Assembly: GCA_964016885.1 (NCBI GenBank)
Contig: OZ024743.1
Coordinates: forward strand, 241,614,001 to 241,678,000
DNA: 64,000 bases
DNA from: Eledone cirrhosa
Taxonomy: Eukaryota
Reading direction: 5' to 3'
Shown: positions 13,582 through 25,023 of the stretch, one piece after another
How positions within the stretch are numbered: position 1 is the stretch's first letter
Layout of the letters: the number at the start of each line of letters is the position of its first letter
The notes under the pieces: model-generated
The model's input: the letters and a program-made list of their open reading frames with translations, nothing else
Told to the model about the DNA's origin: nothing
Database searches by the model: none
Position numbers and translations under genes: made by a program

Positions 13582-14211
13582 CAATGTTTCAATGGGATTG
13601 TGTATCTGTGCTATCTGCCCTGTCTTTGTGGCATGTATGTGTCTGTCTGTGTGAATGTCTCTGTGTTTTATTGCACGTCAGTGTGTGTGTATTTGCTGTG
13701 TGAAGGATGGGTGTATTGTCTCTGTTGTGTGTGTACGTGAATGTTTCAATGCATCTATGTGTGTATGTATGTATGTATGAATGTATGTAGAAATGTATAT
13801 ATGTATGTATGTGTGTATGGATCGATTTTGTATGAATGTATGTGTGTATGGATCGATGATGTATGCATGTGTTTATGCATTTATGTATATATGTATGCAT
13901 GCATGTAAGTAAGTATGTATGTATGTATGTATGCATGTATTTATGTTTGTATGTATGTAGGTGTGTATGTATGAATGTATGTAAGTATGTGTGTATGAAT
14001 GTATGTATGAATGTATGTATATATGTATGCATGTAAGGAAATATGTATGTATGTACATGTATATTTATGCATGTAAATGCATGTGAATGTATATATAAAT
14101 GTATGAAAATATCACCATCCTTAATTATTAATATGTGTAGTTGCAGCAGAATCTCTTGAAGCAGCAGATGTAATAAAAGCTTTACAGCTATTTTGTTCCA
14201 CTTCATTTATA

Positions 14212-14376
14212 TTGTGAGTTCAAATGCTGTCGAGGACAATTTTACCTTTCATATTTCTATGTGGATCAAAATAAGGAGCAGTCAAATAATGAAAGCAATA
14301 TAATCAACAGGTATCCCATCCACACAACCCTACTCCTTGAATGTGTTACCTTGAGTCTATTATTATTATTATTATT
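14212..14376 (+). mobile_element. Degenerate SINE (family 1) with (ATT)n tail
   Basis: GAGTTCAAAT B-box-like motif and decayed central domain; (ATT)n tail. Confidence 0.5.
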
Positions 14377-14383
14377 GTTTTTA

Positions 14384-14575
14384 GTGAATTGGCAGTATCG
14401 GTAGAGGGTCGGACGCCATGCTTTGAAGCATAGAATTACGGCCCTTTATGGTCTGAGTTCAAATCCCAGCAAGTTTAAATTTGCCTTTCATCCTTACGGG
14501 ATCGATAAAATAAAGTACCAGTAATACACTAGGATAATTGCTGGCCTTGTGCCAAAAGTAGAAACAATTATTATT
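14384..14575 (+). mobile_element. tRNA-derived SINE family 1 (Meta-domain-like core)
   Basis: TGGCAGTATCGGTAGAG A box, GAGTTCAAATCC B box, GCCTTTCATCCTTACGGGATCGATAAAATAAAGTACC core, tail CCTTGTGCCAAAAGTAGAAACA(ATT)n; TSD ATTATTATTGTTTTT at 14368-14382 and 14567-14581. Confidence 0.9.
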
Positions 14576-14588
14576 GTTTTTGTTATAC

Positions 14589-14790
14589 TGGATTGGCAGT
14601 ATTGGTAGAGCGTCGGACAACACGTTTTGCAGCATAGAGTTACGACCCTTTACGGTCCCGCCAAGGTTAACTTTACCTTTCATCCTTACGGAGACGATAA
14701 AATAAAGTGACAGTAACGCACTGCGGTCGATTTAATCTTTGATTCTCTCAGCCAAAATTGCTGGCGTTGTGCTTATTGTAGACATTATTA
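14589..14790 (+). mobile_element. SINE family 1 copy
   Basis: Same A box, core and tail as 14384-14575; B-box region partly deleted. Confidence 0.85.
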
Positions 14791-14806
14791 TTATTATTAT
14801 TATTAT

Positions 14807-14884
<78 letters not shown>

Positions 14885-14950
14885 GAGGAGGAGGAGGAGG
14901 AGGAGGAGGGGGAGGTGAGGAAGAGGCGGAAGCGGAGGAGGAGGAGGAGG
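14784..14950. repeat. Compound microsatellite (ATT)n(AGT)n(AGG)n
   Basis: Directly visible; grows out of a SINE tail. Confidence 0.95.
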
Positions 14951-15039
14951 GTGGGAGGGGGAGGATGTGGTGGAACAGGAGGTGGCAGGGAAGGAGTATT
15001 TAATGTGAGCAAGCTGGGCTATCTGCATATATGTTCGCA

Positions 15040-15400
15040 GAATTGGAACCAGAAATATTAAACACGAAACCAAAAAGGAAAAAGGATTGCAGGAATGTTA
15101 TGTATGATCTACTCTAGTATATGAAACTGAAATTGTGACATCAAGAGGCTCATTATCAAATTGATTAGGAGGCTTTGAGATGTATGCATATAGAAAACAC
15201 TTGAGAAGGTCATGAACGTAACACTAAAACTATTATCAAATCAACTAGAAACCGTTGAGAGGCCGCCATATTGAAGTTTTTTGAGAATCTCATAGACAAA
15301 TCACAGAACCAATGAAGAGTTAAAAATGGCAAAATCTAAGAGAAATATTCATTAGACATCATCAAAGATTAAATACAAAAATATTTTAGAGATTTAATTA
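15040..15400 (+). pseudogene. Decayed RTE-clade RT C-terminal fragment
   Basis: Peptides ECYV*STLVYETEIVT, LGGFEMYAYRKHLR and RIS*TNHRTNEE resemble RTE motifs (STLLYGCETWT, FEMWcYRRiL, ISWxxxxTNEEV). Confidence 0.6.
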
Positions 15401-15490
15401 GAAAGAAATGGTTAACAGAAAATATTAATAGAAAGGAAAATAAATGAGAAAAGAAAAAATGAGAAAACAAAAAATGATGGGAATGAATAT

Positions 15491-15790
15491 ACATACATAC
15501 ATGCATGCATACATACATGGTGGCTGCCAACTCGTCTTCGAGTACGGCCACTACTTTATATCCATGTAGGAGAACCCCTACCGATGCGCTGAACAAGTGT
15601 GACTTTTTAGTCCAGCCAGCGACTTGAAAACTCTGGTACAAACACTACACTTGAGACAATTATTGTCACATAGTGCTGGGCTCATGGTACCATGTGACGA
15701 CAAGTGCAGAGAGATCTCCTGATATAAAGCAATGGCTGTGCCGTGAAGCTTTTATAGTGAGCAAAGGCACTGCACAAAGCCAGATGATAT
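15491..15790 (-). mobile_element. RTE-related non-autonomous retroelement with C2H2 remnant and (ATGT)n tail
   Basis: Minus strand encodes LKCSVCTRVFKSLAGLKSH; ends GGCCGTACTCGAAGACGAGTTGGCAGCCACC(ATGT)n, like 9075-9115. Confidence 0.65.
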
Positions 15791-18559
15791 TTACATACAT
15801 ACATACATATATACATACACACAGGCAGGCAGACATACAGGAAGACGGACTGTATAAGGACAGCATCGATGAGAATTGGTTTACGTCTCTTTACATTCTG
15901 TTTTCAAATACCATCTGGAGTTGATTCAAATGTACCAGTCCAATGCTGGGGTTTGACTAACTCAACTATATCCCTTTTCACGAACAAGTCGTCTTGTAAC
16001 TGTCATATAAATCATTGATATGTTTTTTCTTCACATTGTTGTTAACACCCCAGACCTAACCTGAATCAGATATATGACTAGTGGCATTCCATATGTGTCC
16101 TTCTAGTTTTTAGACTGTAAGCTTTAGTTTCAGTGACATTTGGCTGTAGTTTCTGTAGCAAGCAAAACTGCAAGAATTGTTCTAATTAAAATCCTACTAG
16201 GGTTCATTTTGTTTATAGTTTGTTTGATATCAACAGAATATTCAGTTTTCAGGATGCCCATGGTCTTCATCTTTAACGTCATAGTATTATCTCTGTTTCC
16301 GTCGCGGCGTCATTTTATTTCACTATCAACTTCCAGACGTAATATCTCACTACCCTCAAAAATAATATAATCCATTATTTATTTTGTATACTCATTACGT
16401 ACTTTCTAATCTGAGTCCCCACCGAATAATACCGTATAACTATTCTCTATAAATGCTTTGTTTCTTCTCTTCATCTATTTCTTTCATCCTCTCTCACAAT
16501 CTGCTGCTTCTAAAAAAAGGAAATCCAGATGCACTGTGTAATAGGGTCAGTAGAATCGACTGAATCCTTTTATAGCTGCAATCTAATTACTGAATCCGGT
16601 AAAAGAAAACAATTAAGAAAATATATACTTAGACATATTCTTTTCTATTAAGAACAATTTGCTATGTTTTACGTACAAATTACTGCTCGAATAAGACTGT
16701 ACAATATACTAAAGCAATTGTACGAATTCACACAAACAAGAATTTATTAAATCTTCTTAAATATTCCATTAAATAGCAGCAGTATCATTTTATGGCATAG
16801 AGATTATTGGATTGGTAGCATCAGTCGAGCGGTTGACAAAATGTCATATAATATTTAGCTAGATTTTCTTTCCTGTCTGTATTCAGATCCTAATGATTTC
16901 CAATTTGTTTTACATGCGTCTACAATCGATAAAAGTATTTACAGTCATATACAGTGATCTATATATTCGACTATGTTTCTCTCAAACAAATTATCGTCGT
17001 CTGTTTTCGCTAGTTTCCGTAAGGGAAATGTAAACGCTATAACATTCTGAAGAGATCAGCGTGTTAAGTTGATGTGAATAAAACAGAATAAATTTAAGGA
17101 GATCCAAAATATCAATGGACAAATTATACAAAACTTTTGTTATTTTGGACAACTTATATATATTTATAGATAGTAACCAATAGATATTGATATAATTTAT
17201 TATATCACCAAAATGCTTAAGCAGTAAGTAACGTTGAGGAACAGCGTTCTTAAAGAAAAAAACAGAAATTTCTAGAAACATTTTCCCCATTTATGTATTT
17301 GGTTTGAACTTTTATTTCCCACGTCACTCGTCACTTTGTAGGAAAAAATTCGTCTTCTCTTTTACATCTAATACCATTTCATTTTGTTTTATTTGTTGTG
17401 TAAGTGTTGCATTCACCACAGTAAAAAATAAATAAATGAGAAACACAAGAAACTATAATAAAAGAAATAGAAGAAAATACAACATCCTCCAAAATAAATT
17501 AAAATTAAAATAATGAAACATTTCACAAAAATCTGAAAATTTACGATTTGTTTGCAACAATATGACTCAGTGCAATTTTCTAAAGAAAATCGTAATTCAC
17601 ATCAAACGCATTCCTCGTCTTTTGATCATAGTATGAAAAAAAATTACTTGCCATTTAAGACGTGTTTAGTGAATTGGTGTATCCTCGATTCGTATTCATT
17701 TCATCTGCTAGTTTTATTAAAAAGAAACACACAATTATGGCTAGTTAACCAATTTGGCAAACTACAGTTAAAGAACAAAAAAAAAAGGCAGACATATTAA
17801 TTTGTTACAATAACCAGCACTTATGGAATTAACAGCGCTATTGTTAGTAATTGATGTGGAATCTTCTTAGAGCGACATAAACTGGAGAATATTAATTAAT
17901 AACTGTCATAAATGAAATAAATATGAGATATATTTTCCAAGAGTAAAAGTTGGTTAAATATATCAGAGTAGTGAGACAGGTAGCTAGAGGTGAGGAAGGG
18001 GAGAAAGCTAAAACTATAGGTATTAACAGAATGTAACACAATATTATGCCCTTATTAAGTGTTGTTTGAAATTGACCCATTCTATCAAACAGTAAGGATA
18101 AATTAACGGCATAACGAGATCATTTGTGGCAATTTCTAAGAAAACACGCACACTCTCTCACACATAGACAATAAACGCATATATATATATATATGTGTGA
18201 GTGTGTGTGCGTGTGTGTTTATGTCTGTGTGTGTGTGTGCCTGTGTATGTATATATGTAAGCATATATATATGTATGTGTGTGTGTGTGTGCATATATAT
18301 ATATATAAATCACCACACTTTTCCTTCACATGACATAACATTCTATGTCTTCTTGTTATAGCTTAATTGCTCTAAATTAATGTTTTGTCTGTCGTCTCTT
18401 ACACTACTGGATAGCATTTTGGCTTGCGTCAGACGCTGTGACTAGCGGTACCGTAGGTAGCGGTCGGAACTGCCAAAATCCTTCACAACGGCCGATGAAC
18501 CTGGAGTTCTGTATCCTTCGTTTGTATTTCTGTTTTTAAAAAATACTTTTAAAAATTAT

Positions 18560-19430
18560 TTTTCTTTTTGCCAAAGAGCACTCAGTCTATAGGACAAGTT
18601 AAGTATAATTAGAGACAGCTGTGGCATATACAGGTAAATAAGTTTCGTTGGGTTATACTCCCCAACCTATTCAGACTGTTATATAAAATAAAAATGGCTA
18701 CCTCCACAGGTTGATTCGAGATTGTTAGAAAATACACGCAAAACCCTTCACCTTACGGATGCTCATACAGAAGCCCAGCGACATGCCCACTAGATCAACA
18801 ATCCAACACTCCAGCAGCGATATTTCAAACAGAAATGATCTCCACCAAACAGAACCACCAAACTATAGCCTAGACTTATGTCGGAATGTCTGAGAGCCGG
18901 TTCAAAAGCCGGTACCTGAATCACGAAACATCTTTCAGACATCCTGACAAAAACATGCCATCCAGGTCCTGAAGTATGAGTGGAACCTCAAAAATAACGG
19001 CACATTCATTCCCATTAAGCGGAGTATATTAGAAAAATCCACCCTCTATGTTAATGTGACTAAATTTTGCCCGCTAGGTAACTAAAGAAAAGGGAGTATA
19101 CTGTCGCAACTGTCTTCAGAAAAACACATTCATTCCAAGAAAATGGAATAGACCAGATTAACTAATTTTAATTTCAAGTAATAGATTTTATTTCAATTAC
19201 TAAATTTTAGTTACTTTTGATAGTTACTTCCCTTTACATTATCTAAAATTTTGTTTATTCATAGCTAAATTCGAAATTACCTGCCCCTGAAGACCCCTCG
19301 TGTATTTTATACAAACCTCAAATCAACCTGTGGAGGCAGCAATTTTTATATTATATAGCAGGCTGGATGAGTTTGGGGGTATAAACCAACAAAACCTAAG
19401 TACCTGTATATGTCACTGTTGCAACTAATG
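18560..19430 (+). mobile_element. Truncated PLE with GIY-YIG remnant and inverted pseudo-LTR arms
   Basis: TYVGMSESRFKSRYLNHETSFRHPD at ~18873-18950; inverted arms 18607-18720 and 19317-19428, each holding a decayed hammerhead. Confidence 0.8.
19358..19407 (+). ncRNA. Degenerate minimal hammerhead ribozyme (mirror copy at 18630-18679 on minus)
   Basis: Consensus of the two arms gives ACAGG-CTGATGA-GTTGG-loop-CCAAC-GAAAC-CTAA-GTA-CCTGT; each copy alone carries core mutations. Confidence 0.6.
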
Positions 19431-19502
<72 letters not shown>

Positions 19503-19990
19503 ATACATACACTTACAAATATATACATGCATTTACTTACACATATATGCGTATCATTCAATGAATCACCAACTCCATCAATTTAATTGTCTATTTAAGT
19601 TTTTGTCTATCTACCGGTTATCTCTTTCTGTCCTTATCATATATAACATGATCAGTATGCGCGCGCTCACCCTCACACATAAATATATAAATGTATACAC
19701 ACAAAATAAATCATTCGCTAATACAAATATATACATGCACACGCATCTAAACGTAAATATACACAAGTTCACATACAGACATATTTATAGGTGTACATAT
19801 ATACATATGTATAGAGAGAAAGATAAATAGACAGACATATAGATAGAGAGAAAGGTTGATAGATAGATAAATAGATAGATAGATAGAGAGGGGGGATTAG
19901 AGCGTCGAAGCCCGATGGCTGAGCTCTTGCCATTTAGGGAGCAAATTCCAGTCTGGAATGGGCTGTCGAATATATATATATATATATTTA

Positions 19991-21148
19991 TATATATTGG
20001 TAAACGGAATAGAAAATGCTGACAAATTGTTCACAGTGAAAAATAGTTTAACTAGGAATGAGTGAGAATTAGTAATAGTATTGGTTAGTATTCAGTTTGG
20101 TTTTAAGTTTTACCGGTTGCGCATTTCTAATGCTTTTCAAAAATAATTTTGAGATAGAGCGTCCTTGATGTTTGCTCTGATCTGATTAGTTTTGGGAATT
20201 CTATCTGTTTTTATGTTAAAAAAAGTGGCTCCAGCGGTATTAAAATAAGTTTTGCGCCAATTCGTGTTGCAAAAATTCTTGTGGTCAAAACAATTTTGAT
20301 TGGTCGGTAGAGGTCATGTGAATGTAAAAAATTGATTTTGCGCCAAATGTAGGTTTGTGTCGGCTGACTGAGAAATAAGTCTTTCACAACAAATATGTGT
20401 GTGTTTGTGTAGTAGTAGTAGTTGCACCATAGAACATGTGTGTTTACGTATGTCATTATTGACAAATACGGACCCCGTCTAAACACTTCTCCTTAGACAA
20501 ACCCACAACATACACACGCCAATATACATACCTACATCAGCACACATCTCTACCCACATATAAACACAATGACATACGTAAACACACATGTTCTATGGTG
20601 CAACACAAATATACGCAAATTTGCATACCTTTTGATGTCTATAGATATAAACGTGCCGACACACACACATACATAAACGCACACATGCATTGCACACTGA
20701 TGGGCACATACATATTTGTACACAGGTATTCCTATACGGCAAAGCCTAATGAAATCCCCTTGCAGTACGTACAATCTGGTCACACTCCAGATACATATTT
20801 GTACACAGGTATACAATTTCTGGACACACTCCAGATACATATTTGTGCATAGGTATTCCAATACGGCAAGGCCTAATGGATCTCCCTTGCAGTACGTACA
20901 ATCTGGACACACATACACACTCACACACACCTTGGTATTATGCCAATACTATATATCATTTCACACCTTTTATTATTAAGGTTTTTGATGTTCTATTGAG
21001 AGAATCGCTTTTACTGAAAATATCGAATAATGTACACCATTCTACCCGAAAAAAATACTGGTCCACCCACACACACACACACACACATTCTCACACACAC
21101 AAATATATACACACACACATACACACGCGTACATTAACATACAAAGAG

Positions 21149-21180
<32 letters not shown>

Positions 21181-21870
21181 TTTTCCGTATAAGACAAGAG
21201 GTGAAAAATATCTTTTAACATGTTAAAATATCCCCCACACACTTACAGACACATTCCTACTGACCATCCCTCTACCACGAATTACTCTGCTACAAACACA
21301 CACACACACACACACACACACTTGTCTTAATAGGCATTTGAACTGTCAACAAGCTGCGGTTCGCACACACATCCCTGCTGACCATTATCACAACAACGAA
21401 CCTCTTTACTACTACTACACACACACACACACACATATTTGTTGTGAAAGACTTATTTCTCAGTCAGCCGACACAAACCTACATTTGGCGCAAAATCAAT
21501 GTTTTACATTCACATGACCTCGACCGACCAATCAAAATTGTTTTGACCACAAGAATTTTTGCAACACGAATTGGCGCAAAACTTATTTTAATACCGCTGG
21601 AGCCACTTTTTTAACATAAAAACAGGTAGAATTCCCAAAACTAATCAGATCAGAGCAAACATCACGGACGCTCTATCTCAAAATTATTTTTGAAAAGCAT
21701 TAGAAATGCGCAACCGGTAAAAGTTAAAACCAAACTGAATACTAACCAATACTATTATTAATTCTCACTTATTCCTAATTAAACTATTTTCACTGTGAAC
21801 AATTTGTCAGCATTTTCTATTCTGTTTACCAATATATAATAACTTGTGTGTTAAACCTCTATTCTTTTAA

Positions 21871-21873
<3 letters not shown>
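19991..21873. mobile_element. Fold-back element with ~430 bp inverted arms between (TA)n tracts, class uncertain
   Basis: 19991-20420 is the reverse complement of 21407-21838 with few mismatches; non-coding ~1 kb spacer with an internal duplication (20707-20790 / 20836-20912); 35 nt extension on the right only. Confidence 0.75.
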
Positions 21874-21931
<58 letters not shown>

Positions 21932-22129
21932 CCGTCGGGCTTCAACACTCTAATCTCTCTCTCTCTCTCTCTTTGCCGTTTCGAGGGCAAATTTCAGTCT
22001 GGAATTTGCCGTGGAAACAAATATGCCGTCAGACCTGGACTCACGAATATATTTACACTGTAGTATACCAAGTATCGACTCCTCTTCTGAATAATGGTAT
22101 TACTAGTTCAAAACTGGTATATTTCTGAT

Positions 22130-25023
22130 CTAGATAGATAGGTAGATAGATAGATAAATAGATAGATAGATAGATAAATTTCTTATTAGCCACAAGGGCA
22201 CAAAGAAGGGGACAAATACAAATGTGGAGTTTACATGTAGGTATATGAAAATAAAACTATTAATACAATAACAAATAACAATTAAAATCCCCAATAGGGG
22301 AGGGGGTGTTACACAGGGGTTGTACACACCCCGAAAAAGTGTACAACCCTCATCTCCAGGAGTACCAAGAGTGAGTACTCCCTTCCTCTCTTCCTCTTTT
22401 TCTTCAACCTACAGGCTTATATAGAGAGAAGGCCCAACCACTCGGTCCATCTTTGCCACACTCACCCACCTTTTATAAAATTTGCTGGGGTACAGAACCT
22501 CTCTCTCCATGCTGATTCTTCTTCCAAAATGATATTTGAAAAAACGAATCAGTTGCTCGCCGGATAGAAAGGTGTCTGACCTCAGCCCTTTTAACCGCGT
22601 CCACCATATAACCTCTTTCACCATAGCCATAACACATAGGAAAACCGCCTCTCCCTCGTTTTTGAAGGAGGGTGGCGGTTTGATCATGACAATGAACTCG
22701 GTGGTCAACTGGATTGGTCCCACCCGCGACAATAGTCGTTCTAGATAGCCCCCAATGGTAGAGCTCCTCGGTAGCACTGCCAAGCCAGGGACTTTTGGAA
22801 GTTGTCCATTGGTCCCGGGCGGAAGGTCTTACCGAACAGACTGGCCAGTTCGTCCTCCTCTACGCCTAGAGTTTCTCCGAGTGTGTCGTCTCACTTGCTG
22901 CAGACCAACCCTCTATAGAATGTCGAAGTGGAGTCTCCACTGATCGCCGGGTCTGTTTGCCAGAGGACTGTGAGCGCCTGAGCACATTCGATGTGCCAGT
23001 CGCCCATTTTCATCGGTCTTTGCTTGACCCAGGACTGCAGCTCGGTCAGCGAGACGAGGTGTGGGAAGGCTCGCCTCACGAACGGGACCCACACCGGTTG
23101 TGTGGTGATGCATACGTTGAGGTGCCGTAGCCTGAGCGCGTGTTTGCGCATCGTCAGTCACCGTATCCCCAGCCCTCCGTTTGAAGGGTGTTGGCAGCAG
23201 ATGGATTTTCTCACCAAAGGAGCCTGTTTCTTCCAAAGGAATTGGAAGAGCGCGCGCTCCATTTTGGTGAGCGTTTTGGCTGGACAAGGCACAACGGTCA
23301 AGCGGTAGTAGATGATGGACGCTATAAAAGTGTTCGCCACCTCCGCTCGGCCTTTCAAGGATAGTTTGCACTCGGCCCACTTCTGGGTGAGCGGAAACAC
23401 CTTGGCCGTCACCTCGTTCCAGTTCTTCTCCACCTGGAGGTAAGACCAAACCAGACCCCGAGCAGCTTTACCGGTCCTTCCGTCCAGCGTCCGACGACGT
23501 CATCGGAAGGCATCGGTTTGCCTCTCCACGTTCCGAGTTGCAAACCGACGGATTTGTCCCGGTTCAGCTTTGCTCCAGTAAGGTCCCGATCTCCCCGATT
23601 TGCGAGTTGCTCGACACCATTACTGTCTAGTCGTCGGCGTAGGCCGACGCCGCTTCTCGCAGTCCCGGTTCCAAAGGGATGTCCTGCAATAGCTCCAACT
23701 TCCGCAGTAGTGGCTCGAGAGTCAGTACGTACAGAAGGGAGGAGAGATGGCATCCCTGTCGGATGGATCGCGTGATATGGAACGGCTCCGAGAGGTAGCC
23801 GTTCACCTTGACCCTTAAGCAGATGTTGCTGTTGTGCATTACAGCAATCCAGTCCCTGAACACGGGACCGAAGCCTGCCGCCTCGAGCACCGCATCCAGG
23901 TAACGATGGTCAACCCTATCGAAAGCCTTAGACTGATCTAAGTTGATCAGGGCCCCACCGAAGCCGGGTTTACACCCTACCCTCCCTATGATGTATCGCA
24001 TGACGTGGAGGTTGTCGTGTGTGAACCTGGTCGGGATTGTGCATGTCTGCGCTTCTCCTACCAGGTTTTCGACGACAAGCGCCAGCCTCTTTGCCAAGAC
24101 CTTGGCCAAAATCTGTAACTCTGTGTTGAGCAGAGTTATGGGCCGAAAGTTACCTATGTCATCCCCCTTGTTCTCGTCCTTCCTGACTAACGTGATTACG
24201 CCCTTGGTCACAGAACTGGGAATTTTCCCGTTCTGGTGCCAGTTGCAGTAGACCGCTTCCAGGAGACCGGAGAACAAGACTGGCATTGCTATATAAAATA
24301 CGTAGGATAGACCGTCGAGACCTGGAGATTTGTGTTTGCCGCATTGGCTCAGCGCGCTCCCCATCTCAGCGGCCGAAATCGGCCTTTCGCAGAACTTCGC
24401 CTCGCTGTGCGAGAGTCGCGGTAGTCCGACGAGGTATGAACCGAAATCCATAGCCCCTCCCGGCGCGCCGCCCTGCCCGAACAGTTGAGCAAAGTGCAGC
24501 TGAAAGGCCGCGCACATTTGCTTCGGCTCACGTATCACGCGTCCGTATTGGTCCTTCAAAGACCGAATCGTGGACTTGTTTCCAATTTTCGCCTCCGTCA
24601 CTCGGGCCCAGCTAAAACCTTGGCTCCCTCGTTTCCCAGAGCACGTATTTTGCTTCTGACAACGCAGCCTTCATGCTTTGCGTCGAAGAAAAGTTGCAAG
24701 GCCGTTCTCGTCGCTAGTACGCTGGCTACGTTGCCACTCCTAAGTGCCTCTTAGGCTTTGCATGTCGGTAATGACAAGTTCAGATTCCAGTAGCCGCTCC
24801 CTGTCTATGGGTTTTGTCAAGGTTGACTAAGCAGGTCACTAATTTGTGATCTGAATAGGCAACCATGAACATTTGTGGACAGCTTAACATGTCCCTATCC
24901 TTCTTTCTAACTAGAACCCTATCTAAGTACGATCTAGATGTTCCGCTGCGATTAGTTCACGTCCACAGTGGCACAGTCGGAAAATCTAGTCGATATCTAT
25001 CGGCCAGTCCCCCACTAACAGCA
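22130..25023 (-). mobile_element. Tx1-clade LINE copy C (5'-truncated, several internal deletions)
   Basis: ORF2 fragments incl. 23627-24601 (LDQSKAFDRVDH, YADD); same 3' UTR as copy A; (GATA)n at 22131-22177. Confidence 0.93.

Noticed and set aside
14384-14470. tRNA genes suggested by A and B boxes
   Set aside because: No cloverleaf; these are SINE heads continuing into a shared core and tail.
20248-20350. E2F-like TTTTGCGCCAA and CCAAT motifs in the fold-back arms
   Set aside because: Short motifs inside a repeat with no linked gene; no functional support.
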